NCBI GenBank assembly: GCA_965113315.1
Contig: OZ220363.1
Direction: 5' to 3' (one strand)
Length of the DNA: 64,000 nucleotides
From: Podarcis vaucheri
Lineage: Eukaryota
Positions 22,601 through 35,648 of the stretch are shown piece after piece; the stretch's first letter is position 1; every line of letters starts with the position of its first letter. Below the pieces are notes generated by a model that saw nothing but the letters and a program-made list of their open reading frames with translations, searched no databases and was not told where the DNA came from. The translations under genes were made by a program, and so were the position numbers.

Positions 22601-25367
22601 ACCATAAGAGGGCAACTATGATGGACGATGCAATACGTTAACTTAGGGTACTTTGTGTGATTTGCTATCACATGAATACAGTATTAACAAAATGTACAAT
22701 AGACCACTTAAATGACAGCTTAGGCAATTATTGCAAGGCCAATCATTTTTCATGGATCTCAGACACAGATATCTAAAAAGAATAAATTAATGTGAGCAGA
22801 AGTCAGTGTAACAAGATGTCCGAAGAAAACAAGAATAATGGAGCACACTGTAAATTATGCTCATCAAAAGCAAAAGAAAAGTATGCTTGTTCAAAAAGAT
22901 CTTAGAAAAAGAAGTGATTGGTATGTATGCAAGAAGTCCAGGGTGTGATGGTGAAGAACGAAGGACAGCTGAGAAAAACAGAACTGCCCCAAAGGGGGGG
23001 GGGGACACTGGTCAAAGAAGACTGTAAGGCCTCCTGTATCCAGCTAACCCTATCAGTAGGAAATTCTAGCTTTATACTAACAAGATTCTGAAAGGTTGGA
23101 AGGTGAATTAACATGCCAAGCCACAATAATATATTGCATTATAACAGTTGCAACAGCTAGGACCCCTTCCAGTTTATCCTGTTTCATCAGACGAGCTTTT
23201 AAATGTCTTAAATACTATTTGGTTTATCTAATCCAACTCCTTCCCAGGTCTTTATTCCTGGGAACTCCTCAACCAGTTCAATGAGACAGCTACTGTTCTA
23301 CAAATTTTGCACACATTATTTATCACACAGAAGTTGGTACAAAAACCTGAGCTTCTTTTAAAAATATAATGAGTGTTGAAACAAATTTGGAAATCCACAG
23401 GTGGTGTTTGCAAGGGATTCCTAGGGTTCAATAGAGAGCACTTCTATCTCTTCCACAGCTACCTGTTGTAACCTAACCTGTTAGTTTCTTCTATTCATCC
23501 CTGCTCTTGCACAACATTTCTTCCATTTACCATACTGCTTTTTTGTTACATCCAGACCTCCATGTTTAAAAACTACAGAGTGCTAAACCTGGAGGGAGCA
23601 TAAAATAAAGTTTGTTTCAACGTGTGTTTTCTTTGCTTGCACAATTACTCCTGTATTCAGAATCTGGGCTTCCTTGATAACCAGTATAAACAATCCTCTC
23701 CTGCCTTACCATGACCCAGATGTGGAAGGATATGCTCAAACCAAGGTATGTTGCTGACAAGACAATGGTCCCTTTAAATTTCTGGAACAGAAGATTAACC
23801 AGGCCAGCCTGGAAGACGAAGGTATTGAAGAACATGAGGAAGATGATGATGACATTGAAGAGGATGGCAATATCCTGAATGCTGTAAGACAGGCAAACAT
23901 TTTAATGAGACAGAGATTGATAGATACCTTATACACAGAGGTGTACCTAGGTTCCCTTGCATCCTTGGCATCACACACACACCCTGGTCCCTTGCACAAT
24001 TGCATTTCTCCACCGAAGCACCCACAGGAGCCTGCATGCTTTGCCCAGCCACCCATAGTATTGGAGGAGCAGCCCAGGGAGCACACGAACAGGAAAGCAA
24101 GTCCCTAGCCACTCCAAGCCAGAGTGGAGAGGCACAATTTTTGTGCACACTCTCCAAGCCTGCACTCTTGGCAGGGGCTCACCTAACCAACTCCTAGGTA
24201 TGCCCCTGCTTGTGGCTCTCCAAATACTACTGGACACCAGCTCCCCACCACCACCCATGGTCATAGATAATGGGAGTTGTGGTCCAGCAACGTTTGGAGG
24301 GCCACAGGCTCTCCACAATTGTGGCTCAAGCCTAGTACTTGGAGAACAAAAAGCAGATTAACATAGCTGCAGAAGTTTTCACTGTCCATGCTGCCAAGTG
24401 AGACATTAGTCCACTAATTGCAGAGGAAAGGGAACCCCGAAACCCTTTCTAGAAGATTACAATGGAAATAATACCTGCTGCAGCTATCTCTATTTCCCCC
24501 TGCTTATCACTCATTTTCATAATCTGAGTGTAGAACTTTATGTAATGGCAATTGAGCTAACAGCTGCTAATACCCACAGAGAAAAGATAGAATGAATGGA
24601 TTATAATAGCACCACCCCTTTAAAAATATCATTCAACACAATACAGCCTACTAACTGCCGATGTTTCAGGAGTAGGGAAAGAATAATAATTTTCTTGGTA
24701 TCTTTTATTCTACTTCATTCCTCCATTCATCTCTTCTCTGGCACTCTCTTCTTCCCATTTTCCTGAATGAGAGTGTCCCAAGAAGAGTAGAAACAAACAG
24801 AAAGTGCATTCCTGTGCATGTTTACTCAAAAAAGTTCCACTGTGTTCAATGTGGCAAATTCTCTGTAATCCTAAGCACATTTACTATGGATCAAGTCCTC
24901 TTGTATACATAAAGGCTTAAGCTGCAATCCTATGCACACTTACACAACAGTAAGCATGACTGAAAACAATGGGACTTCCTTCAGAGTCAAAATAATATAT
25001 AAGATTGCACTGTTGCTCCTGAGTAGACATACTAACCATCTCTTCTCCATTCCAATTCACTTATTCAAGCACTAGTATACAGTTCTATCCAAGGACCTGA
25101 AGAGTAACCACGTTTTTGATCCCTACAGCTTATTTAAGAGCTCATAGCACTGTTGAGCATCTTTTCAGAGACAAATGTATACAAGCCCTTTAAAAAACAC
25201 CCAGACAGTGACAAGCACCCACTGTTGTGCCATACTCACATGAAAAGCACAAGCTGGATGACGGGCGCCATGCGCAGCAGCTCCGAGAAGGAGTTGACAA
25301 AGAGGTCATAGAACAGCAGTAGGAACTGCAAGGAAAGCACCAGGCTATAGTTGCTGGTTTGGAGCAT
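19613..25367 (-). CDS. TMEM138: Transmembrane protein 138 (ciliary trafficking; JBTS16), 162 aa
   Basis: Exons (minus) 25367-25240 ([15 protein letters not shown]), 23881-23710 (IQDIAILFN...HIWVM), 20027-19952 (NLRWKNSN...FQRM), 19725-19613 ([31 protein letters not shown]...*); 489 nt in total. Non-coding exon 1 donor at 26059. Confidence 0.96.
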
Positions 25368-25749
25368 CTTCCTTGCCTCAGTGTCTGCATCCCAGATGAG
25401 AGGGACACCTCATGCTCACACAACAGAGGGATACAAACTTTTTCCTCCAGCGCAATCACTCATAGCTCCCTTTGGGCAGAGACCTGAAACCTGCAGAAAC
25501 ACCAGGTGGGGGGAAAGAGGGAGAATAAGGTGAGCAACACTTGCAATAATAGCGGGGAGGGGGGGCATCACAAATCTGGAGCACACCACACACAATCTAG
25601 CACTAGAGAGCAAAGATAAACCAGTCAGAAATACAAACAATGAATAAGAATCCCTTTGTTGAAGTAAGACTGGTTGCACCGTTAACTGCTACTGCCTAAC
25701 ACTGTTCTTAACATTTTTCGGTGATCTAAGAACTTTACTCTTGCTGCCC

Positions 25750-27950
25750 CTCCGCGGCTTTTCTCCTATTTCTACACAGTGGAAAGCAAAGCACGAGGGT
25801 GGGTGGCGAGGGCTGACTGGCCCCAGCCACCTCCAAGGGGCTGGAAAAGGCGCCTTTTCTTCCTGGGCAACACGGATCAAGCGCCACGGACCTCATCTCC
25901 TTGGTGATCAAGATTTCGAACCGGGTACACGCGATCTCGTTCTGTGGGCTCCCAAGCGCCCTCGACCTCACGCTCCCCGTGTTAAGTAACGGGGCACGAC
26001 AGGTCGCGAAAGATAGGCCCGTCGCTGCTCCAGCTCGCTCTTTGCTCCCGGCCCTCACCTGGCGCGGCAGTTGCCCGTTCCCATGGAGACGGCGCAGCCA
26101 CTCAGGGGAGCGTAGGAGGCAGCCTGGCCGGAAGCTGCCGCCCTTGCGGTCACGGTCACAGAGTTGTAAATGACAGAGCGGACGGAGAATCTCGTTGCCC
26201 GGATAGGAAACTTCCGCCCTGCCTCTGGAAGCCATTTATAAAGTCTTCCATGGGGCGGAAGTGAATGCATCTGGAAGAAACCCGTGATTCTACAGCGGCT
26301 TAGAGGGGACTACTTTTTTTGATGCTTAGTTTTAAAAACAACAAAAACAAAAACATTTAAAACATGGCCCAGCACAGTCGGATCACATTTCACCATTTGT
26401 GTGCCGGGGTTTTTGGCTTGGAGAGCTGCTTATAACAGCCCTGCAAGGACACTATTAATGGTGCAGGTCAGAAGTAGCACGAACATTTGCATTTTCAGGT
26501 TACAGCAATCTAGTTCATTTGCCTCTTCATACCACCCTCGTCCACTAAACTCCGTAGACTCCGCGCTACACCCGCAAATGTTTACAGGGGTGTGCGCGCG
26601 CCTCTCACCTGATACAAGACCCCGAGTTAGAAAATTATAGACTCCTCTCTTTGCTACTACTTTTTGCTCGTTATGTGGGCACCTGCTTCCCAACTATTGC
26701 TAAAGTAAAATCTTCAATTTCTCCTTTGATTTCTATGAGCAGCTGAAATTCCGCGTGCAGACGACAACCGCTGGCGCTTTTCCCCTATCTGTATGATACA
26801 TGGTGCGGAGAGCGTGTTTTTTGTTTTTGCCTTTATTTACCCTTTGCCGCTGATCCGGCTTTTGAGCTTTTCTGGTGGATTATTACCACTTCGGTGCGAA
26901 AGAAATAATTCTCCCCTTCCTTCCTTCCTTCGGTCTCCTTCAGCGCACTAAACTGGAACTTCCAGCTGCTGGAGAGGCATTCCACCATTTGATGAAATCA
27001 ATCCGTGTTTACTGCCTCAATTTTTAAAAATGCAGTCGTTCCAGTGAAATCAGACCACCGGAAATCTATTTTTGTTTTGATACCACAGCTACAGAGCGAA
27101 ATCCTGCAGCGCGATTTCAGCAGATTAAGGGGCACCTACCTAACGCCGCTGCCAGTCTACAATAATAACTTACTGGCGTGGAACAGGGAGTTATAGAAAA
27201 GGTTGCCAACCTGACACAGCTCCTCCTTTGCCTTCAGCCCTTGCTGTGTGACAGGCAAAACTTCGTCACGTGACGCGTTTCCTGTTACTACACCTGTATA
27301 CATACCTGCAATATACCTATACCAGCTCAATTTGCCGGGCACTTAGGCATCCAGGAAGTCCCTCATCTGACGCAAGGGAAAACAGTAATGACGGGTGCAC
27401 CTAGGTACAGGCAGAAGCAAACGAAGAGGCTTGTAAAGCATCCTTAAATGAGAACTTTCCCGGCTCGATTCCCCGCCGTGCTCATGCCCAGCAATATACT
27501 GTATAGTACTGTACAGATCTTGCCGAGAAAACTACATTTCCCAGAAACCCGTCGTGGCGTTGGCTGGACAGTGCCATAAACTGCGCTAGACTAATCTCGA
27601 GTGCCTCCTGTCATGAGCAGAGACGATGGAGCTGAAGGGGACCTGGAGCTTTGGAACTACTTTTCCCGGCGCTCCCCGCGACTCAGGCGGAAGCGAGGTG
27701 TGAGCTGTTGCTTGTATTTCTCGGTTCTTTGGGTGCGTGGACGCAGCTGGGTCGCGAAAGCAAACCTTGACCCTTGTGTGCGCGCAATCCCTCTTGCGGC
27801 TGCTCCCAGGCGCTTCCCTGCAAGGGGCGATCTCGCTACCCATTTATACGTTATGCTATCTAGCAAGTGTACTTCCTTATTGCTCCTCATATGCGCTTTA
27901 ATGGCGCGGTCGGGGGTGTGCCCTGGGCAGCAGAACCCGCAGTGCTTGAA
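25750..27950. promoter_or_regulatory. TMEM138/CYB561A3 divergent promoter region (CpG-rich) with X-box, ETS, CLEAR and ZNF143 motifs
   Basis: GTTCCCATGGAGAC at 26077-26090, GTTGCCCGGATAGGAAAC at 26194-26211, cggaagt at ~26256, GTCACGTGAC at 27265-27274, ACTACATTTCCCAG at 27531-27544. Confidence 0.75.
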
Positions 27951-28499
27951 ACTGCTTGCAAGTTGCTCTCTGGAACTGCTATGGGTTCAGCTTCGCTCGA
28001 CAGCCTGGATCCAATAGATGTTTCGTGTGCTAGTTGAACAGAGATGCGACCGGGGATCCTGCAGCCCTGCAGGTGCTTCTGGACTCCAGCTCCCATCAGC
28101 TTCAGCCACAAGGGGGAGGTGGCCTGGGTGATGGGAGTTGTAGTCTATCAGTATCTGGAGAGCAGCAGGTGCCCCAGTTGTGCAAGGTAACTGTACTGTA
28201 TGTTGCTTACGAAGGATGTTGCCGCAGCAAACCAATTTATCGCTTAAATGCCAGCAGCTTTCTTGCGGCAGAGCACTGGACGTCACGGGACTTTGTGCTT
28301 TATTGTTAACTTTATGAGGCTGGAGTTGGTTCCTTGTTCAGCACGCATGAGGGAGCAGCCTGAATATGGAACTGACGTTTGCACACTTCTGCGCCTTGCG
28401 ATAAGTTGTCGGCAGCCGCGTTTCAATTCCAGCGTCACCCCGAGAGACTGCCAGCTATAAGTAGTGCCATCTTAGCATTCTCTCCCATCCAAGGGTTGT

Positions 28500-28541
28500 T
28501 TTTTGTTTGTTTGTTTGTTTGTTTGTTTGTTTGTTTGTTTG
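28500..28541. repeat. (GTTT)n microsatellite
   Basis: Read directly from the sequence. Confidence 0.9.
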
Positions 28542-31076
28542 CATTGGCTGCCGTTATGTTCGTGAAACCGAGAGACGGTGAAATTCAAGGCTAAAAGACG
28601 GAGTAGTTTGTCACTAGTTAAATCTGTTCACCAGTCGATGCCAGAAATTATTCTAATTTAAATATCGACCCACAAGTGCTTAAAGTCCTCCCTCTCTTTG
28701 GAAGCAAAGGAAAGCAAAAGCAGCAACCACCTGGTGCGATTTTCAAAAGGGGCTCTTTGGCATGGTAGTGCATCAGTGTTTATTAGTTATTGCCACAGTG
28801 GCCATTTTCTGCTCTTCTCTTTGACCCGGCTTATACTTTGCAGTAAAGCTATAAGACTGTAAGTAAAAAGGTTGATCATAAAGATAAATTATTCTAATCG
28901 GGTAGCTGGTCAAAACATGTTAGCAAAACCATATTTTGAATGAAACATTTCCAAAGTTGGCTGTAGTTTCTATGTATTTCTTTTCTTATCTTACACCTAC
29001 TTACCCTTGATGTTTACACTTCCTTTCCTAAGGGTGTTTTAATACTTTGTTCTAAATCTATTGATGGGGGGGTTGTGTGTGTGTGTGTGTGTTGTTATGA
29101 ATTTGTGGGGTGAGAGACACTCTAAATTCCTGGGTCCAATAAAAGTTATAATTAATCAAGGACTGGGGAGTTAAAACTGCCGAGCGAGCACTGAACCACT
29201 GGAATATTAACATTAACAACAACAACAACAACAATTCTATACTGCCCTTCATCCAAGGATCACAGGGCGGTTTAAAATATAAAAGGACCAAAATGCATGC
29301 CATAGTAACAAACAAAAACACAGTAGTTACTCTGTGCTGGATAGCAGAGGGGTGTGAGACCCTCCTCCTTCTAGAGAAGTAGATAGTAATACAAATGGCC
29401 ATTTTTCAGTTGCAGTGGACTGATGTAAGCAAGAGGGAAAATAGTTTTGGGAGGGAAGCAGAGTCTATGGTGAAAAGGCGGTCACAGCACAATGTGGGCT
29501 GACAGTTTGAATCCAGCGTGGCAGCAATGGTAGAAACAGGGCCCTCCTGACCTGTAAAACTCCCCTGTATAATTGTGGGAATTGCAGTTGTAGGTGCTGT
29601 GAATTGTAGCTCGGTGAGAGGCAAACTACAATTCCCAAGCTTATTTTGAGGAAGCCATGAGCTTTGAATGTAAATGTATGGTACAGGTGTGACCCCAAAC
29701 TGAACTGGCAACTTTAAACAATTTTTTGTGGGCTATGCCCCCCACAGAAACCACACAGGACACAGCTGCTCAGCAGCTTTCACTTTTGCATCAGCACATT
29801 TTCCTCTTGGTGTACGTGGTGAGTTAATGGCACAAAAGTTTCAGTAGAGCTCTCCAGTTCATGAGAAGATGCTAATAGAAGATGCCAGCCATCCAAACTG
29901 AGAGTCTGGCTGCAGTTAGACAAGAGACTTTTTTTTTTAAGACCCTAGGTTGTCACTCACTTAACTTCCAGCCCACCTTTGCACTGTGAAGAGCAATGTT
30001 TCAGTCATTGCCATAGTCTTTTAATGCACACACTCTGCAAGCTTCTCACTTCTGTCTTGAAAGCAGAAGTTGGGATGATCTTGTGACCGTTGTCTCCCTC
30101 CAGGACCCAGTGGTTGCAGGTGCAGCATCTGTGAAGGGCTGCTGGGTTGGTAGAAAAAGTCTGTGGTTTGCACCTTTCACTGTGGGGACAGTTCGTAAAT
30201 AAATTTGAAAACTAATGTGAGGCTATCTGTTTTCTTATGCAATTGGCTGCAGTGACCTTTATTTTTGGCTGAAACTCAGCTATGGCTCTTAGATCAAGTT
30301 GGATCCAGTAGTAGCCAATCTAACTTCACTTTATGAGTGCCAGTGTTGCTTACACAAAAGTTTGCCTTGGTTCACAGAAGAGCCTTGGATATCAGAATTG
30401 GACATAACACATGGTATCTGCTGCCTAACTAGATTTAACTAAATTGGAGTTGCATCCTGCCAGATCATATGATCAATTCAGTGTAAGTTCTGGTTCCTGA
30501 TCAACAACTGTGGGACTGTTTTGTTTCTCTGGAAACTTTCTCTTCAGTAACATGTGTACTCCTTTGGTGTTTCTGTGCGATTTGGCTTTGGGAAGTATGG
30601 AATCATCAGTAATTGAGCCTCCTTCTTTTAGTGGACAGGGGCTGCAGACAGTAGAAGCCCCTGCTGACACAGTTGGATATAGTCTGTGAGGTGTGTTACC
30701 CCATTGGACAAGCTGCTGGTAACTGCCAGCCTTGACTTTTGCGAGAATAGTGGTTAGAATGTGAATTGCCTTAACCAGCCTGGGGAAATTCCAGATCTAC
30801 CTTCCACTTAGCTGTGAAGTTTTGATGTTTCATGGTCTGTGGTGGACATACTATTGAAATCAGTTCCTCTGACCCAGCGTCTGAGACTCCACCCTATTTT
30901 GGGTTACAAAACTGTGTGACAGAAAAACAGTTCTCTGCTGAAGGGAGGAAAGCAGAACTAGGTAGTAAGGAAAGGGAGGAGGCAAAAATCTGCTGGTGCC
31001 AGAAGCAGCAGATGGTTGGACAGCTTTTACAGCTAGCTGGTCTCTTGCCTTCTCAGGTGTGCTCCCTGTGAACAGG

Positions 31077-34000
31077 ATGATTCCCAGAGTCTCATTCTTG
31101 CTGCTCTCAATCCTACTGGGAATTCTGGGGATCTTGTGTGTGGTGTTCACAGTCTACTGGACCCAACACTGGCTTGGTGGCTTTGCCTGGGATGGTTCTT
31201 CTCAGATGTTTAACTGGCATCCAGTTTTCATGGTGACAGGCATGTTGGTCTTGACTGGTGCAGGTAAGTGAAAAGAGGATCCAATCCTTTTCTGATTTCC
31301 CCTCCTCCTGCCCCAGTAGCAGAACAGATATTAACATCCTATACAGTGGTATCTCCGGTTAAGAACTTAATTTGTTCTGGAGGTCTGTTTTTAACCTGAA
31401 ACTGTTCTTAACCTGAAGTACCACTTTAGCTAATGGGGCCTCCCGCTGCCACCGCACGATTTCTGTTCTCATCCTGAAGCAAAGTTCTTAACCCGAGGTA
31501 CTCTTTCTGGGTTTGCTGAGTCTGTACCCTGAAGCATCTGTAACCTGAGATACCACTGTATCCTTTTAAGTGTGTTTGTGTGTGTTTGGGCGGGGGGTTA
31601 TTTTATTATGTATCTTGTGTTTTTATCTTGTGTTTTTATGCTGTGAACCAGCCTGAGATCATTGGCTGAAGGGCAGTATACAAAACAAGCAAACCTGGGA
31701 ATCAGTGACTTGGCTATTTTGGCGGGGATGTGGGGAGGGTGCCTGAGCCATCTTGGCTCTAGTGACTTCTCCCCCTCTTTCTCCTCCAGCGGTGCTGGTG
31801 TATCGCGTGCCCCTCTCTTGGTCGGGGCCCAAACTGCCATGGAAGCTGCTGCATGCAGGACTGACCTTGGCAGCATTCATCCTAATTGTCCTGGGACTGG
31901 TGGCCGTCTTTGAATATCACAACAAACAGGGCATTGCCAACATGTACTCCCTCCACAGCTGGCTAGGGCTTGGCGCTGTGCTGCTCTTCTCCTGTCAGGT
32001 GGGTAAGAACCTAAGAAGCTGTAGCTTGGTGGCAGAGCACATACTTTGCATCGGGTGTGGGGAACATTCACCCTCCAGATGTTGCGGAACTACACTTCTC
32101 ATCATCCCTGAGTATTGGCCATGCTTGCTAGGGCAAATAGGAGTTGCTGTGCTGCAACATCTGAGGGCCAAATATCCCCCACCCCTGTTTTACATACTTG
32201 GTTCAGTCCCAGTCACTTTTATGTAGGGTCGGAGCAGGGGGAAACCTGTCTGAAACTGCCGCTTTTAGTGTTCGGGAGGGATACACAATCTTCAGGTTTG
32301 TTGGATCTACTTTGGTTGTTTTTCTTCACAAGAATCCCAAGAGCAACCAACCACAGCTAGGTGCAAAAGACATATTTGGAATTAAATAAGGTGGTTGCCT
32401 CCTAGCACAATCTCAGCCCATGAATCCCAGTACTGAGAAAGTTGCCATTTGTAGATCTAACCTCCTTGAATTCATCGTAATACTTCTAAGAGCAAAGTAT
32501 TTTGGTGGGTTGTCACCAGTGCTTTTTTCTGGGGGACACAGGTGTACGCATACCCCTAAACATTTTGTGAATTTAATTTTGGCCTCATTGAGGGGCAGTA
32601 TTTCAATATTAATAGGAAAATGAGAGTACTCCTAAACATTTTTTAAAGAAAAAAAGCACTGGTTGTCACCCACATTGCATAGAAAATATACTTTTGTCTT
32701 AAACCTGCGGCCTGACACTTCTTGTATTTTGTGAGAGTGAATAATTTGTTGTAGCCACCCTTTTCATAAATATTAGGTTTCCTCCCTCTTGGGTAATCCC
32801 CCCTTAACCCCTTCACCATGTGCACATGTGGTATTAAAAGTTTGTTTCAAACATTTTATTTGTTTTATTTAAAATGTTATCTGTAAAAGCGCAGTAGATA
32901 TTTGAAAAAAACTAACCTAAATTGTTCGCTGGTGGCTGTCTATCTCCCCCCCCCCCAAGCTCTCATAGCTAGTTTGAGATTTTAGATCATGAATATAATA
33001 AAAAAAATACTTCTGCAAATCTGGTTTCTGCATTACTTGTGCTCAGTCCCTGTGCAGATGCCATGCTGAGCCCTTCCTCCAATATGGGTTTCTGAAAATA
33101 TCCCAATTTCTTATCTCTTCCATCCAGTGGGCCATGGGCTTTGCTTCTTTCTTGCTGCCTTGGGCTCCCACCTGGTTCCGAGCCTTGTACAAGCCCATCC
33201 ATGTCTTCTTTGGCTCTGCCATCATCCCTCTAGTTGTGGCCGCCTGCATCTCCGGCATCAATGAGAAGCTTTTCTTCAAACTGTGAGTAGCAAAACAGAG
33301 AGGGCTTGATAATGGGAGGAGGAAAGAGCATGCGCTAAAAAGACAATGGAGAATATGTTGCGGGTTATTTACACTGGAGAGAGTTGGCAGCCTTCTGGGG
33401 TACAGATAATGAGGGATGAAGAGGCAGCTGCTCAGCCTGGTCCAGATCGATAGCAGTCATTATAAGTTTGAAAGCAATGATAGCTTTGAGACCAGGAATA
33501 AGGAACATATAGTTCGGCAACGTTTGAAAGGCCACTGGTTCCCCATCCCTGTTTTAGAAGTACAGAAGGGAAATGTGTCCACAAGGCAATGGGGAACCTG
33601 AGAATGCGGTTAAACCACATGTAGCAGAAGCAGATGGGAATGTGGAGCTAGTGTCTGGAGGCTTGCAATGTGAAGATAGTGTTCTGCTCAATAGGTCATT
33701 GTACACATTTCCTTGAATATAAGATGTGCTCCAGCCTCGAGCCCAAATGCATTACTTGGGTGTCTGGGACAGCAGAGTGGCTGTTGGAGCAAAGCTACGT
33801 ACATATGGTGAAAGAGATTATGTGGCTTAATATAGATTGTTGGCACTATCCAGATATTTCCTTCTTGATGGGTCTCTGGGGAGGTGTTTGTGGTGCTATT
33901 GGCTTTTCATCAAGCATTTTTGCTTTTTGTCTGTACTTTTAGAACAAGCACAACCACACCCTACTCTCAGCTTCCTGCAGAGGCATGGTTTGCCAACATA

Positions 34001-34102
34001 TTGGGGATGCTGATCCTGGTCTTTGGGCTACTGGTGCTGTTTGCCCTTGCCATGCCAGTATGGAAGCGTCCAGATGTGAATTCGCAAGATACCCAAGAGG
34101 TG

Positions 34103-34135
<33 letters not shown>

Positions 34136-35648
34136 GCCTTTAATATTTATTTATTTTACTACAACTATTTCCTGCCTATCCTTCAAGGCATCACACAAGG
34201 TTTTCTGTCTCCCCCACTACAATTTATCCTAACAACAACCCTCTGAGGCAGGTTAGGCTAAGAGGGACTGGCCAAAGTCACCCACTGAGAGGGGATTTGA
34301 CCCTGGATCTTCTTGGTCCTAGTCGAGCACTCTAGTCACTACACCATACTGGCTCGAACCCACCAATGTATTGTGGCTTGTAATTCATGTCTGTTGAGTT
34401 TAAATGGTAGTGTGTACTAGCTTGGACAAAGTAGCGGAGGGATGGGGGAAGAATTTTTCAGAAAATGAAACTCTTGTTCAACTGTTGTTAGGATGAGAGC
34501 AGTGTATTTTCGCTGTGTACACACAAGAGTTCCAAGTAGATTTGGTGCATCCCATGTTTACATGTTTTTTCCCCCTGCCATCCACATGATTTTATCCTCC
34601 TTCAAGTAGAAACTTGCACCACCTCCCAATAATTCAGATTTATTTGATACACAGATAATGCAGTAAGGGGAAAAAAATCCAACATAAAACCACATGCTAC
34701 CCAAATATGAATGTACTAAAGCACATTATGTGGGTGACACCCATATATGTACGTGTGTGATGATGTTTTGCTGGGTGTCATGTTTTCATCATCACCTCTA
34801 CTTCTGATGACAAGGCAGTTCTCAATGGGCTTCTGGTGGGGCTGAGTATGACCTCATATATGCTTTTTTTCTTTTTCTTTCTTTTAAAAATCTCCTGTTT
34901 TCTGCAAATCTGGTATATCAGAAAACTTGTATCTATATTTCTTTTAATGGCTGTGCACACAAGTAAGCAAATACCTGTGCAAATGCTCATAATGGACCGC
35001 GGGTGTCCTTAAGTCAGAGAGGGGTTCTATAAAGTACTAATGGGGAAGTACTAATTGAGGAGAGGGGGGACAATAACACATAGGATGAGTATAGCCCTTC
35101 AAGAACTGACCGATAGTACGGACAGGAGACGTTAAACTTCATTAGATTTTGGGTTGTGGGTTTTTTGGTTTTATTATACACACACACACACACACACACA
35201 CAAATATGTTCATTGCATACCACCCTAACGAAGGAAATAACTGAACAGTGGGGGCGTGTTTTTGAGATTTAATTTTCGGTTAATGATAAGAAATGTTCCT
35301 TGTGGATTATTAGTCTGACTGGCTTCCAACAGTTCTCTGTCCTATTTCCCCATAGCCTCCATGGGTTTATATTGCAGAACATTTGTTTTGAAAACACAGA
35401 CATAGAATGACACATGTGTATAGTAGTGGAACTTATCCCTGGCAAAAGGAGCAACAGTATGGGAGCTAAATCCTAGAAACCTGGTCTGAATTTTCTCTGC
35501 AAGAGGCCTAGACTGAACATCATAAGCAATAGACAACATGTTCTGAGAGAGTTTAATATCTGAGAGTGAGATAGAAAGCTTATGGAATCAAGCTTTATTA
35601 TTTACTTCTGTTCTTTTTCTACAGCCCTTGCTACAGGAGCATAAATGA
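31077..35648 (+). CDS. CYB561A3: Cytochrome b561 family member A3 (lysosomal ascorbate-dependent ferric reductase), 243 aa
   Basis: Exons 31077-31263, 31790-31998, 33128-33282, 33943-34099, 35625-35648 (732 nt). Motifs FNWHPVFM, WKLLHA, NMYSLHSWLG, YKPIHVFFG, GINEKLFF and C-terminal PLL; syntenic position. Confidence 0.95.
31344..31558. mobile_element. Tigger/pogo-like MITE
   Basis: TIRs CAGTGGTATCTC...GAGATACCACTG with TA target-site duplication; second copy at 40573-40798. Confidence 0.8.
32517..32661. mobile_element. hAT-family MITE (145 bp)
   Basis: TIRs CAGTGCTTTTTTCT / AGAAAAAAAGCACTG with a perfect 8-bp TSD GTTGTCAC (32509-32516 and 32662-32669). Confidence 0.85.
34104..34355 (-). 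mobile_element. tRNA-derived SINE (MIR/Squam-like) with (TTA)n tail
   Basis: aacaacaaccctctgaggcaggttagg core, a tRNA-like head on the minus strand, and (TTA)n immediately after the exon donor. Confidence 0.55.

Noticed and set aside
20028-23709. snoRNA or nested gene in the long TMEM138 intron
   Set aside because: I found no convincing C/D or H/ACA box arrangement or spliceable ORF by eye; an Infernal/Rfam search would be needed to exclude it.
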